NCBI GenBank assembly: GCA_030390025.1
Contig: JASTWF010000034.1
Coordinates: 4,650,001 to 4,714,000 of the forward strand
DNA length: 64,000 nucleotides
DNA from: Squalus acanthias
Lineage: Eukaryota
Reading direction: 5' to 3'
Shown here: piece after piece, positions 1 to 13,159 of the stretch
Position numbering within the stretch: the first letter of the stretch is position 1
Layout of the letters: every line of letters starts with the position of its first letter
The notes under the pieces: generated by a model
Databases searched by the model: none
Told to the model about the DNA's origin: nothing
What the model saw: only the letters and a program-made list of their open reading frames with translations
Program-made: the position numbers and the translations under genes

Positions 1-35
1 GCGGCCAAGCCCCTCCCAATCCCCCTGGGGCAGGT

Positions 36-3000
36 ACATAACGAACATACGAATTAGGAGCAGGAATAGGCCATTCGGACCCTCAAGCCTGTTCCGCCAT
101 TCAATAAGATCATGGCTGATCTGATTACTCCACATTCCCGCCTACCCCCGATAACCTTTCACCCCTTGCTTATCAAGAATCTATCTACGTCCGCCTTAAA
201 ATATTCAAAGACTCTGCTTCCACCGCCCTCTGAGGAAGAGAGTTCCAAAGACTCACGACACTGAGAAAAAACATTCTCCTCATCTCTGTCTAAAATGGGC
301 GCTCCATTATTTTTAAACAGTGACCCCTAGTTCTTGATTCTCCCACAAGAGGAAACATCCTCTCCGCATCCACCCGGTCAAGACCCCTCAGGATCTTATA
401 GGTTTCAATCAAGTCACCTCTTACTCTTCTAAATTCCAGTGGATACAAGCCTAGCCTGTCCAACCGTTCCTCATAAGACAACCCGCCCATTCCAGGTATT
501 AGTCGAGTAAACCTTCTCTGAACGGCTTCCAACGCATTTACATCCTTCCTTAAATAAGGAGACTAATACTGTACTCAGTACTCCAGATGTGGTCTCACCA
601 ATGCCCTCTATAACTGAAGCATAAACTCCCTACTTTTGTATTCAATTCCCCTCGCAATAAATGATAACATTCTATTAGCTTTCCTAATTACTTGCTGTAC
701 ATGCATACTAACCTTTTCCGATTCATGCACTAGCACACCCAGAACCCTCTGCATCTCAAAGCTCTGCAATCTCTCACCATTTAGATAATATGCTTATTTT
801 TTATTTTTCTTGCCAAAATGCACAATTGCACATTTTCACACATTATACTCTATTTGCCAGATCTTTGCCCACTCACTTAACCAATTTAAATACCTTTGTA
901 GACTCCATATGTCCTCTTCACAATTTACTTTCCTACCTATCTTTGTCATCAGCAAATTTAGCAACCATACCTTCGGTCCCTTCATCCAAGGCATTTATAT
1001 AAATTGTAAAAAGTTGAGGCCCCAGCATTATCCCTGTGGCACACTACACGTTACATCTTGCCAACCAGAAAATGACCCATTTATGCCTACACTCTGTTTC
1101 CTGTTAGCTAGCCAATCTTCTATCCATGCCAATATGTTACCCCTACACCATGAGCTTCTATTTTCCGAAATAACCTTTGATGTGGCACCTTATCAAATGC
1201 CTTCTGGAAATCTAAGTACAGTACATCCACCGCTTCCCCTTTATCCACAGCACATGTTACTTCCTCAAAGAACTCCAATAAATTGGTTAAACATGATTTC
1301 CCTTTCACAAAACCATGCTGACTCTGCCTGATTACCTTGAACTTTTACAAGTGCCCTGCTATAACGTCTTTAATAATAGTTTCTAGCATCTTCCCCAAGA
1401 CAGGTGTTAAGGTAACTGGCCTGTAGTTTCCTGCTTTCTGTGTCCCTCTCTTTTTGAATAAAGGAGTTACAATCGCTATTTTCTAATCTAATGGAACCTT
1501 CCCCGAATCTAGGGAATTTTGGAAAATTAAAACCAACGCATCAACTATCTCACTTGCTACTTATTTTAAGACCCTAGGATGAAGTCCATCGGGACCCGGG
1601 GACTTGTCAGCCCGCATCTCCAACAATTTCCTCAGTACTACTTCCCTGGTGATTGTAATTTTCTTGACTTCCTCCCTCCCTTCCATTTCCTGATTTACAG
1701 CTGTTTCTGGGATGTTACTTGTATCCTCTATAGTGAAGACCGATGCAAAATACCTGTTCAATTCAACTCCCATCTCCTTATTTTCCATTAATTCCCCAGA
1801 CTCACTTTTTATAGGACCAACGCTCCCTTTGTGAACTCTTTTCTTTTTAGAATATCTATAGAAACTCTTACTATCTGTTTTTATATTCCTAGCTAGCTTT
1901 CTCTGGTACTCTAATTTTTCTCTCCTTATTAATCTTTTATTAATTCTTTGCTGTTTGTTTATATTCTGTCCAATCTTCTGACCTGCCACCCATCTTTTCA
2001 CAATTATATGCTTTATCTTTAAGTTTGATACTAACTTTATCTTTTTTAGTTAACCACGGATGGTGGGTCCTCCCCTTGGAATTTTTCTTTCTCGTTGGAA
2101 TGGATCTATTCTGTGTATTCTGTAATATCCCATTAAATGTCTGCCACTGCAGCTCTATTGACCTATCGCTTACTCTAGTTTGCCAGTTCACTTTAGCTAG
2201 CTCTGCTATCATGCCCTCATAATTGCCCTTATTCAAGTTAAAAAAACTAGTCTTGGACCAAATCTTCTCTCCCTCAAACTGAATGTAAAATTCAATCATA
2301 TTCTGATCACTGCGACCTAGGGGCACCTTCACTATGTGGTCATTAATTAATCTTATCTTGTTTCACAATACCAGGTCCACTATAGCCTGCGCTCTGGTTG
2401 GCTCCAGAACGTGCTGTTCTAAGAAACTGTCCCAAAAACATTCGATGTACTCCTCATCTAGGCAACCTTTGCCCATCTGATTTGTCCATCTATATGTAGA
2501 TTATAATCCCCCATGATTATTGCCGTACCTTTCTGACAAGCTCCCATTATTTCTTCCTTGATACTCCATCCTAACGTGTGGTTACTGTTAGGTGGCCTGT
2601 ACACCACTTCCACAAGTGACTTCTTGCCTTCATCATTTCTCATCTCTACCCAAACCGCTTCTACATCCTGGTTTCCTGAACTTAAGTCATCCCTCTATTG
2701 CGCTAATACCATTATTAATTTACAGAGCCACCCCTCCACTTTTTCCTAAATATCATGTACCCTTCAATATTCAGGTCCCAATGTTTATCATCCTGCAGCC
2801 ATGTCTCTATAATGGCTATCAGATTGTACTTATTTAATTCTATTTGCGCCATCAGTTCTTCTGTTTTGTTTCGAATGCTTCGTGCATTCAGATACAGAGC
2901 CTTTAGTTTTGTCCTTTTCTTATTTTTGTAACCTTTAGCCTTATCTGTTGATTTACTCTTAGATTTGTACTCTCTATCCCTTCCCGTCACGGTCTGTTTA

Positions 3001-3278
3001 TCATTTCCCATATTAATACCTTTCTCGCTTGTCTTGTTTCTACTCTTTGATTTACCACACCTTCCCAGATTTGATCCCTGGCCCCCAATATTTAGTTGAA
3101 AGCCCTCTCTACCGCCCTAGTTATATGACTCGCCAGAACACTGATCCCAGCACGGTTCAGGTGAAGACCAACCCAACGGTACAGATCCCACTTTCCCCAG
3201 TACTGGTGCTAGTGCCCCAGGAAGCGAAACCAATTTATCCCAGACCAGTCTTTGAGTTACGCATTCATCTCTCTAATT
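36..3278 (-). mobile_element. CR1 LINE, near full-length ORF2 (APE endonuclease + RT), degenerate
   Basis: ORF fragments [84 protein letters not shown]. Short-repeat 3' tail at 36-55. Multiple stops and frameshifts. Confidence 0.95.
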
Positions 3279-3284
3279 TGAAGT

Positions 3285-5515
3285 AACAGGGTAGAGGGAG
3301 CTTTACTCCGTATCTAAACCGTGCAGTATCTGCCCTGGGAGTGTTCGATAGGTCTTTGTAGAGGGAGCTTTACTCTGTATCTAACCCGTGCTGTATCTGC
3401 CCTGGGAGTGTTTGATGGGTATTTGTAGAGGGAGCTTTACTCTGTATCAATCCCTGTGCTGTACCTGCCCTGGGAGTGTTCGATAGGTCTTTGTCAAGGG
3501 AGCTTTACTCTGGACCTAACCCGTGGACTACCTGCCCTGCGAGTATTTAATGCGACAGTGATGAGGGAGCTTTACTCTGTATCCAACCCGGGCTGTACCT
3601 GCCCTGGAAATGTTTGATGTCAGTGTCCAGCAAGCTTTACTCTGTATCTAAACTGTTCTGTGACTGCCCTGGCACTTTTTGATAGGACAGTGTAAAGGGA
3701 GCTTTACTCTGTACCTTACCCATGCACTACTTGCCTTGCGAGTGTTAGATGGGACAGTGTAGAGTGAGCTTTACTCTGCATCTTACCTGTGCTGTAACTG
3801 CCCTGGGAGTGTTTGATGGGACAGTGTAGAGGGAGCTTGACTCTGTAACTAACCCATGCACTAACTGCCCAGCGAGTGTTTGATGGGACAGTGTAGAGGG
3901 TGCTTTATTCTATATCTAACCATTGCAGTACCTGCCCTGGGAGTGTATGATGGGAATCTGTAGAGGGATCTTTACTCTGCATCTGACCTGTGCTGTAACT
4001 GTCCTGGGAGTGTTTGATGGGACAGTGTCAAGGTAGCTTTACTCTTCATCTTACCTGTGCTGTACCTAAACTGGGAGTGTTTGATGGGACAGTGTAGAGG
4101 GAGCTTTACTCTGTAACTAACCCATGCACTAACTGCCCAGCGAGTGTTTGATGCGACAGTGTAGAGGGAGCTTCACTCTGTATCTAACCTGTGCTGTACC
4201 TGCCCTGGGAGTGTTGGATGCAACAGTGCAGAGGGAGCTCTACTCTATATCTAACCATTGTTGTATCTGCACTAGGTGTGTTTGATGGCACAATGTATTG
4301 TGAGCTATACTCGGTATCTAACCCGTGCAGTACCTGGCCTGGGAGAGTTTGTTGGAACAGGATAGAGGGGTCTTTACTCTGTATCTAACCCGTGCTGTAC
4401 CTGCCCTGGGAGTGTTTGATGGGACAGTGTAGAGGCAGCTTTACTCTGCATCTTACCCGTGCAGTGCCAGGCCTGGGAGTGTTTGATGTGATAGTATACA
4501 AGGAGCTTTACTCTGTACCTAACCAATGCACTAACTGCCCTGCGAGTGTTTGATGGGACAGTGCTGTGGGAGCTTTACTCGATATCTAACCCGTGCTGTA
4601 ACTGGCCTGAGAGTGTTTGATGCAACAGTGTAGAGGCAACATTACTCTGTATCTTACCTGTGCTGTACCTGACCTGGGAGTGTTTGAAGGGATAGTATAG
4701 AGGGAGCTTTATTCGGTATCTTACCCTGTGCTGTAGCTGCCCTGGGAGTGTGTGATGGGTCCGTTTAGAATGAGATTTAATCTGCAGCTAAACTGTGATA
4801 TACCTGCCCTGTCAGGTATTGAAACGACAGTGCAGAGGGAGCTTTACTCGGTATCTAAGCCGTGCTGTATCTGCCCTGGGAGTCACTGATGGGACAGTGT
4901 AGAGGGAGCTTTACTCTGTATCTAAACCGTACCTGTTCCTGCCCTGGGAGTGTTTGTTGGGACAGTATAGAGGGAGCTTTACTCTGGATGTAACCCGTGC
5001 TGCACATGACCTGGGATTGTTTGATGTCATAATGTGGAGAGAGCATTACTCAGTATCTAACCCGTACTCAACCTGCCCTGAGAGTGTGTGTTGGGACAGT
5101 GTAGAGGAAGCTTTACTCTGTATCTAAACATTGCTGTACCTGCCCCGGGAGTATGTGTTGGGACAGTGTAGAGGAAGCTTTACTCTGTATCTAAAACTTG
5201 CTGTACCTGCCCTGGGAGTATGTGTTGGGACAGTTTAGAGGAAGCTTTACTCTGTATCTAAACCTTACTGTACCTGCCCTGGGAGTGTTTGATGGGATTG
5301 TGTAGAGGGCTCTTTACTCTGTATCTGAATATTGCTGTACCTGCCCTGGGAGTGCAAAAACGGGCAGTGTATTGTGCGCTTTACTGTATATCTAACCCAT
5401 GCTGCACCTAACCTGCGAGTGTTTGATGGGACAGTGCAGAGGGATCTTTACTAAGTATCTAACAACTGCTATACCTGCACTGGGACTGTTTGATGGGACA
5501 GTGTAGTGGGAGCCT
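3285..5515 (+). repeat. 67-bp tandem minisatellite array (GGGACAGTGTAGAGGGAGCTTTACTCTGTATCTAACCCGTGCTGTACCTGCCCTGGGAGTGTTTGAT), diverged copies
   Basis: Recurring GGGAGCTTTACTCTGTATCTAACC about every 67 bp. Confidence 0.95.
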
Positions 5516-5842
5516 TATAACTCTTTATAACGTTAGAATCCTTAATAATCATTTACAAAAGGTGTATAACGGGTTAATAAGGATTATATTGATTTATAAA
5601 GGGTCATGTCCCTTTATCTTATTTTGCATCACTTTGTACCCCATTCAATACCCTTTATAATACTTTGTCAATCATTATAACACTTTATAAGCCTTTGTCG
5701 ATCATTACAACCCTTTATATTCCTTAACAATTCATCATAACACTTTATATTCTATTATCAACCTTTATATATCAATATGATACTTTATATTCATTTATAA
5801 TAATTTATAATCCAGCATAATCCTTTATAACCCTTTATAAAG
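5515..5842. repeat. AT-rich degenerate repeat (CTTTATA/TTATAA-rich); mirrored at ~34515-34840
   Basis: Repeated CTTTATA motifs with loose ~32-bp spacing. Confidence 0.6.
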
Positions 5843-6906
5843 CGTCAGGATACAGCGTAGGGATAATGGGTAGGTACTCAAATTGGCAGGATGTGACTCC
5901 TGGTGTCCGGCAGGGCTGTGTATTGGGGCCTAAGCTATTCACAATATTTATTAATGACTTAGGTGATGTCATAGAAAGTCATATACCCAAATGTGCCGAT
6001 GACACAAAGATAGGCAGCATTGAAGGCAGTGTAGATGAAACCATAAAATTACAAAGGGATATTGACAGATTAAGGGAATGGGCAAAACTATGGCAAATGG
6101 ATTTCAATGTAAGCAAATGTGAGGTCAATCACTTTGGACCCGAAAAGGATAGAACAGGTTACTTTCTAAATGGTGAAAAGCTAAAAAGAGTGGATGTCCA
6201 AAGAGACTTGGGGGGTCCAGGTACATAGATCATTAAAATGTCATGGACAGGTACAGAAAATAATCAAAAAGGCTCATGGAAAGCTGCTCTTTATATCTAA
6301 AGGACTAGATTACAAGAGGTAGAAGTTATTTTGCAGCTATACAAAACCCTGGTTAGACCACACCTGGAGTACTGTGAGCAGTTCTGGGCCCCACACCTTA
6401 GGAAGGATATATTGGCCTTGGAGGGAGTGCAGCGCAGGTTTACCAGAATGATACCCAGACTTCAAGGGTTAAGTTACGAGGAGAGATTACACAAATTAGG
6501 GTTCTATTCCCTAGAATTTAGAAGGTTAAGGGGTGATCTGAGCTAAGTTTTCAGGATATTAAGGGGAACAAATAGAGTAGATAGTGAGAAACTATTTCCA
6601 TTGGTGGGGTTACTAGGACTGGAGGCACAGTCTAAGAATTAGAGGCAGTCCTTTCAGGAGTGAAATTAGGAAACACTTCGACACACAAAGTGGTAGAAAT
6701 TTGGAACTCTCTTCCACAAACGGAAGTGGATGCGAGATAAATTGTTAATTTTAAATCGGAGATGTATTGCTTTTTGTTAACCAAAGGTATGAAGGGATAT
6801 GGGCCAAAGGTGGGTTTATGGAGTTAGATCGCAGATCAGTCAATGATCGCATTGAATGGGGCAACAGGCTCGAGGGGCTGAATGGCCGACTCCTCTTCCT
6901 ATGTCC
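5843..6906 (+). mobile_element. CR1 LINE 3' fragment (RT C-terminal part and 3' UTR)
   Basis: [47 protein letters not shown]; typical CR1 3' terminus. Confidence 0.93.
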
Positions 6907-7009
6907 TCAGTGTAGGATCCGTTGACTTGTTAGCCCTCCCCAAATGCATTACCTCACACTTCTCCGGATTGAATTCCATTTGTCACAATCTTCCTGCATG
7001 TAGCATGAG

Positions 7010-7350
7010 TTATACACAGAGTAAAGCTCCCTTTACACTGCCCAATCAAACAGTCCAAGGGCAGGTATAGCACGGGTTAGATAGAGATACAGACTAAACC
7101 TTCCTCTGCACTGTCCACTCAAACACTCGCAGAGCAGGTACAGCGCGGGTGACATGCAAAGCTCCCTCTAATACAGCATGTGCAGCGTACAGCTCCCTTG
7201 ACACGACCCAATGAAGCACAACCAGCTCGGGTACAGCATGGGATGAATACAGAATAAAGATCTCACTACATGTAAGTGTCAAACACTCCCGGGTGAGGTA
7301 CGGGCAAGGTTTATCTCCGAGTTAAGCTCCGCTCAACTTGCCACATCAAA
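7010..7350 (-). repeat. Short degenerate block of the 67-bp minisatellite
   Basis: AGAGTAAAGCTCCC and GGGCAGGTATAGCACGGGTTAGATA motifs. Confidence 0.75.
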
Positions 7351-7405
7351 GGCCGAGCCTGATGGCAGATGTTAACCAGCTCCCAGTATTTGGTTAGACT
7401 CTTAC

Positions 7406-7900
7406 CTCAGCAATATCCTGGACTGATGTGATTCTCAGTAAAGTTCCTCACCTTTCCAATCATTGTTGAAGCTTCTCGTTTTATCCCGTCTCCGACACTG
7501 GAGGTCTCGATCCCACCATATCTGCTCTGTGAACCCAGCCACATTTCTCCAGTCCCAGTCAGTGAGGCGATGATTCGACTTCTCTCTCTCCACCTTCCTG
7601 AGATATTGCTCACTCCCAGAGACTGTCAATAGAAAAATGATTCATATTAATCCCAGAATACAGGGGGAGCATTTTTCTGACCATAATTATATTCAATTTG
7701 ATTATTTTTGCAATTAATCAGTGTGTTTGAATTACTTACTTTAATATTGAATAGTTCTTTTCTGTCCATTGCCCTGTTTATTGGGACTAAACTCACCCCC
7801 AGTGTCAGCTGTCACTCCAGCTCCTCCCACACCGACATCGCACTGATGGGCCGTAGCCAGGGGCGGGGCCCTGTCTCCAGGTGACATCACACAGCAGCTA
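7406..7900 (-). pseudogene. 5' cassette of unidentified gene, copy 1: promoter-like region, exon 1 ending 7797, intron, exon 2 7622-7406 with ATG 7544 and in-frame TGA just before the donor
   Basis: GGG|GTGAGT donor, AT-rich intron, TTGACAG acceptor, GAG|GTAAGA donor, GC box GGGCGGGG at ~7861. Splice signals are conserved in three copies. The product is not recognised. Confidence 0.5.
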
Positions 7901-8269
7901 GGAATGATGTCACAAAGCGGCCGGAGCCCCTCCCACTCGAGGTGTCACAGGGTCACATTGACCAGGCTCTGCTCCTGGTGTCCAGTCTCACTGGGCATGA
8001 ACACAAGGTGTACAATCAGCCACATCTCCGGGAATGAACCGGGATCCTGCCCTACATCTCTCCCGAGTTTTATTTCCATCGGTGTAAAATGGGTGGCTGA
8101 TTCACAATTACCCAGTTTGTACTATAGCACCTACTAATCGTCAAACTCTACCCCAGTATTTCTTTCCTTCTCTACGTATCTGCTCCCTCACTGCCTCTCT
8201 CTCTCTCTCTCTCCACAGTGAGGGATACGTCTGGGGCTGGGATCATACTGTGCGGAAAGGATCAGAATA

Positions 8270-9350
8270 TCAGTCAGCCTCTCTTCCTGCTCCCGCATCG
8301 TTACCTCTGGTGTCCCCCAAGGATCTGTCCTTGGCCCCCTCCTATTTCTCATCTACATGTTGCCACTTGCTGACATCATCCAGAAACACAGTCAGTTTCC
8401 ACATGTACGCTGACGACACCCAGCTCTACCTCACTCCCTCTTCTCTCGACCCCTCCACGGTGTCTAAATTGTCAGACTGCTTGACCGACATGAGCAAAAG
8501 TTTCTCCAAGTAAATATTGGGAAGACCGAAGCCGTTGTTTTCGGTCCCTGCCACCAACACCGTTCCCTCGCCACAGACACAATCCCTCTACCTAACATCT
8601 GTCTGCGGCTGAACCACACTGTTCACAACATTGGTGTCATATTTGACCCTGAAGTGAGCCTCCGACCACATATCCGCAGCATAACAAAGGCCGCCTACTT
8701 CCACCTCCGTAACATCGCCCGTAACCACCCTTGCCTCATCTCATCCGCTGCTGAAACCCTCATCCATGCCTTTGTTACTTCTAGACTTGACTATTCCAAC
8801 GCACTCCTGGCTGGCCTCCCACATTCCACCCAACGTAAACTTGAGGTCATCCAAAACTCGGTTGCCCATGTCCCAACTCGCACCAAGTCCCGTTCACCCA
8901 TCTCCCGTGCTCGCTGACCTACACTGGCTCCCGGTTAAGCAGCACCTCGATTTCAAAATTCTCATCCTTCTTTTCAAATCCTGCCACGGCCTCACCCCTT
9001 CCTATCTCTAATCTCCTTCAGCCCCACAACCCCCCAAGATATCTGCGCGCCTCTAATTCTGCCCTCTTGAGCATCCCTGATTATAATCGCTCAACCATGT
9101 AGGCCGTGCCTTCTGTTGCCTCGGCACTAAGCTCCGCAATTCACTGCCGAAACATCTCCGCCTCGCTACCTCTCTTTCCTCCTTGAAGACGCTCATTAAA
9201 ACCTTCCACTTTGACCAAGCTTTTAGTCACCTGTCCGATTTATCCTGATGTGGCTCAATGTCAAAATTGTTTGTCTTAAAATACTCCTATGAAGCGCCTT
9301 AGGACGTTTTACTACGTTAAAGGCGCTATTTAAACACAAGTTGTTTTTGT
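8270..9350 (+). mobile_element. L2 LINE 3' fragment
   Basis: [49 protein letters not shown]2-type 3' end with GTT tail. Confidence 0.93.
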
Positions 9351-9473
9351 ACACCTCTGGCTCTATAGAATCATAGAATGGATACAGCACAGAAGGAGGC
9401 CTTACGGCCCATCGAGCCCGTGCCGGCTCTCTGCAAGAGCACTTCAGCCAGTCCCACTTATCCAATCCCCTTT

Positions 9474-10325
9474 TGATATACTCCACACCCCTCACTGTAA
9501 CACTGATATACCCCACACCCCTCACTGTAACACTGATATACCCCACACCCCTCACTGCAACACTGATATACCCTGCACCCCTCACTGTAACACTGATATA
9601 CTCCACACCCCTCACTGTAACACTGATATACCCCTCACTGTAACACTGATATGCTCCACACCCCTCACTAACACTGATATACCCCTCACTGTAACACTGA
9701 TATACCCCACACCCCTCACTGCAACACTGATATACCCCACACCCCTCACTGTAACACTGATATACCCCACACCCCTCACTGTAACACTGATATACCCCAC
9801 ACCCCTCACTGTAACACTGATATACCCCGCACCCCTCACTGTAACACTGATATACCCCGCACCCCTCACTGTAACACTGATATACCCCGCACCCCTCACT
9901 GTAACACTGATATACCCCGCACCCCTCACTGTAACACTGATATACCCCGCACCCCTCACTGTAACACTGATATACCCCACACCCCTCACTGTAACACTGA
10001 TATACCCCACACCCCTCACTGTAACACACTGATATATCCCACACCCCTCACTGTATTACTGATATACCCCACACCCCTCACTATAACACAGCAGTACCCC
10101 ACACCCCTCACTGTAACACTGATATACCCCACACCTCTCACTGTAACACTGATATACCCCACACCTCTCACTGTAACACTGATATACCCCGCACCCCTCA
10201 CTGTAACACTGATATACCCCGCACCCCTCACTGTAACACAGATATACCTTATACCCCTCAATTTAACACTGTGATATACCTCACTATAACACACGGAAAT
10301 ACCCCACAGGCCTCACAGTAACACT
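9474..10325 (+). repeat. 30-bp minisatellite (CTCACTGTAACACTGATATACCCCACACCC)
   Basis: Directly visible tandem units; gives the YSEGCGVYQC repeat ORF. Confidence 0.97.
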
Positions 10326-10332
10326 ATGCTTC

Positions 10333-10805
10333 AGTGGGGAGGTGAGCTGCTGGTTTAGTGGGGAGGTGAGCTGCTGGTTTAGTGGGGAGGTGAGCTGCTG
10401 GTTTAGTGGGGAGGTGAGCTGCTGGTTTAGTGGGGAGGTGAGCTGCTGGTTTAGTGGGGAGGTGAGCTGCTGGTTTAGTGGGGAGGTGAGCTGCTGGTTT
10501 AGTGGGGAGGTGAGCTGCTGGTTTAGTGGGGAGGTGAGCTGCTGGTTTAGTGGGGAGGTGAGCTGCTGGTTTAGTGGGGAGGTGAGCTGCTGGTTTAGTG
10601 GGGAGGTGAGCTGCTGGTTTAGTGGGGAGGTGAGCTGCTGGTTTAGTGGGGAGGTGAGCTGCTGGTTTAGTGGGGAGGTGAGCTGCTGGTTTAGTGGGGA
10701 GGTGAGCTGCTGGTTTAGTGGGGAGGTGAGCTGCTGGTTTAGTGGGGAGGTGAGCTGCTGGTTTAGTGGGGAGGTGAGCTGCTGGTTTAGTGGGGAGGTG
10801 AGCTG
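10333..10805 (+). repeat. 24-bp perfect minisatellite (AGTGGGGAGGTGAGCTGCTGGTTT) x ~19.7
   Basis: Identical tandem units from 10333 at 24-bp period. Confidence 0.99.
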
Positions 10806-11163
10806 TTATCATTCGTTGTTCTTGCCCATTGATCTCTATCAGTTTGTTCTTTACTCTCCCACACAGGAGTGTTAATTACCTGCTTCTGTAACCTTCAAAC
10901 CCTCACAGCTTCCAATTTCCTTTACAAAAGGGACTGATTCTCTGCCCACACAGCCCAGCAGTCCTCCAGACACCCTGCTGGCATTAAATTCAATCTTCAC
11001 ACTCACCTATGCTCGGCAGCAGATGTGCATCTTTCTGGAGTGTATTCTAACCTAACTTAATCCCTGGTTATTCTAGCTTAATATTGATATAATTCCATAT
11101 TTCAACCAGTGTATTATATTTAATAATCTATACATACCAATACTTACAAGAACTTTTAAAAGG

Positions 11164-11697
11164 TCAGCTTTCAGAGTGCATTCGCTTGCGCTTCAGTAGA
11201 CTGGATGACCTTGTGAATCTCTCCACACACATGGAGTGGGTCAACAGCCTCTCCCCAGTGTGTCTGCGCCGATGAATTTGCATCGGAGACGGATAATTGA
11301 ACCCCTTCTCACAGTCCCCACATTCCCACGGTTTCTCCATGGTCCATCTGTCTCTCCAGGTTGGACGATCGTTTGAAGCCTCGTCCACACACATAACACG
11401 TGTACGGTTTCTCCCCGCTGTGAATGGTGTGAAGTTTTTTCAGGCTGTGTAGCTGGTTACAGCTCTTTCCACAGTCAGTGCACTGGAACACTCTCGCTCA
11501 AGTGTCAATGGGTCTCAGTGCTTTCCCAGTCGCATGATGTGTAAAATCCTTTCCCACACACAAGAACCCGAGAAAGATTTCTCCTTCCTCATTCAAAGGC
11601 CGATGATATTCAGGTCCTGATGAATCGAGTGACTCTCAGATCTTGGCGTGATGTTTGTTTTGAGTTTCTTGTCTACAAATCCTCCCCTTCTAATACC
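11164..11697 (-). pseudogene. C2H2 zinc-finger gene terminal exon, frameshifted pseudogene
   Basis: [38 protein letters not shown] and [27 protein letters not shown] lie in different frames. Polypyrimidine/CAG acceptor at 11698-11700. Confidence 0.88.
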
Positions 11698-11913
11698 CTG
11701 AAAAAGGAGATTACAAAAGTCATCACTAAGTGCAGGACATAAATTCAGAACAGACAATTCTACTTTCTATGGAACAATCTTTCCTCTCTTGTTTCCCCCA
11801 AAAGCTGTAAATTCCTGTCCCACACACTCTCCCTCTCCCTGTGCTGAAATCCCTACCCATTGCACCATATTTTTGCCCCAACCCACTCTCTCCCTCCCTC
11901 TGCTCTCCAGCCC

Positions 11914-12447
11914 CTGTGTGCGAGGAGTGTGATGGAATACTCTCCACTTGCCTGGATGAGTACAGCTCCAACAACACTCAAGAAGCTCGACGCCATCCAG
12001 GACGAATCAGCCCGCTTGATTGACACCCCATCCACCACATGAAACATTCACTCCCTCCACCACCGGCGTACCGTGGCTGCAGTGTGTACCATCTACAAGA
12101 TGCACTGGAGCAACTCGCCAGGTCGTGATCGGTAGCAACTCCCAAACCCGCGAACTCTTCTACACAGAAGATCAAGGACAGCAGGCTCATGGGAACACCA
12201 CCACCTCCAGGTTCCCCTCCAAGTCACACACCATCCTGACTTAGAAGTATATCGTCAATCCTTCATCATCGCTGGGTCAAAATCCAGGAACTCCCTATCT
12301 AACAGCAAAGTGGGAGTACCATCACCACACGGACTGCAGCGGTTTAAGAAGGCAGCTCACCACCACCTTCTCAAGGGCAATTAGGGATGGGTAATAAATT
12401 CTGGCCTTGCCAGCGACTCCCACATCGCATAAACGAATATAAAAAGC
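11914..12447 (+). mobile_element. 3' end of a second CR1-group LINE lineage
   Basis: RSVMEYSPLAWMSTAPTTLKKLDAIQ, and a 3' end CACCACCTTCTCAAGGGCAATTAGGGATGG...ATAAAAA shared with other copies in the window. Confidence 0.8.
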
Positions 12448-12469
12448 AGCTTCTGCTGCACCTGCTCTG

Positions 12470-12990
12470 GGAGTGGGCGGCGCATGCGCCCTGATCCCGC
12501 CCTGTCCAAGATGGCGGCGCGGGGACAAGTCCCGCCTTCCTTCACCAAGATGGCGGCCGGTTGCCGGGGTAACCCGGGCCTGTCGCCGCGGAGAAATCCT
12601 CTCACAAACGGGCGGACAGTCACCCGCTCAACCCGGCGGCCGGGCCTGGCTCCGCGGCGCAAACACGGCACCCGCGGCGTCTTATTCGGGGCCTGAGCCC
12701 TACGCCCGGTGGTTTTGAAGCTCCCCAGCCCCGCCGCGGCGACTATTCCTCCCCGGCCCCCACAATGTCTTCCCACCTCTCGAGCCGCCTTTTCGGCCAT
12801 TAGTTCAACAGAAAATGACCTGAACCGTTCGCTCTGATTCTCTCGGCCCGCTGCTTTTATTGTTGTCCGCCATTACTCTTGACGTCACCACGCGTACTGC
12901 GCATGATCAGAGCACGCCCCGGTCTCGCGCCTGCGCAGTGGAGACTTGCAGTCATTGATAGGGCACTTTCTGCCGCGTGGTGGATCCTGG
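12470..12990. promoter_or_regulatory. CpG-island promoter with NRF1, YY1 and CRE motifs
   Basis: CpG-dense in a CpG-poor background. GCGCATGCGC 12480-12489; CAAGATGGCGGC 12507-12518 and 12546-12557; CCGCCATT 12867-12874; TGACGTCA 12880-12887; TGCGCATG 12898-12905; GCGCCTGCGCA 12927-12937. Confidence 0.8.
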
Positions 12991-13159
12991 GTAAACACAC
13001 TGCCATTGAAAGTTCCAATTGCTGAAGAGATCATTCACATTTTCAGATTGGGCCTTTGTTCACTACCTGTAGGCGGCTAACATTAAGTTGCCCCATTTTC
13101 ACTAGACGTGGACATAAACCAATAAGGCAAGTGTCCCAGCACACCACAAATATCCAGTA

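Noticed and set aside
3285..5515. Regularly spaced repeats as a CRISPR array (also 47-, 52- and 31-bp arrays)
   Set aside because: Head-to-tail tandem units without unique spacers, no cas genes, and the DNA is vertebrate.
7435..7629. WDWRNV motif suggesting a papain-family cysteine protease
   Set aside because: No QxxCGSCW motif follows, the frame is closed by stops, and the third copy has a stop inside the motif.
10324..10875. AAHLPTKP and SCWFSGEV repeat ORFs, and the YSEGCGVYQC ORF at 9223-10044
   Set aside because: Translations of 24-bp and 30-bp minisatellites; length varies freely between arms.
12322..12800. GC-rich ORFs over the CpG island (and 27716-28286) as proteins
   Set aside because: Expected in GC-rich DNA, no recognisable domain, and frames shift between the two arms.
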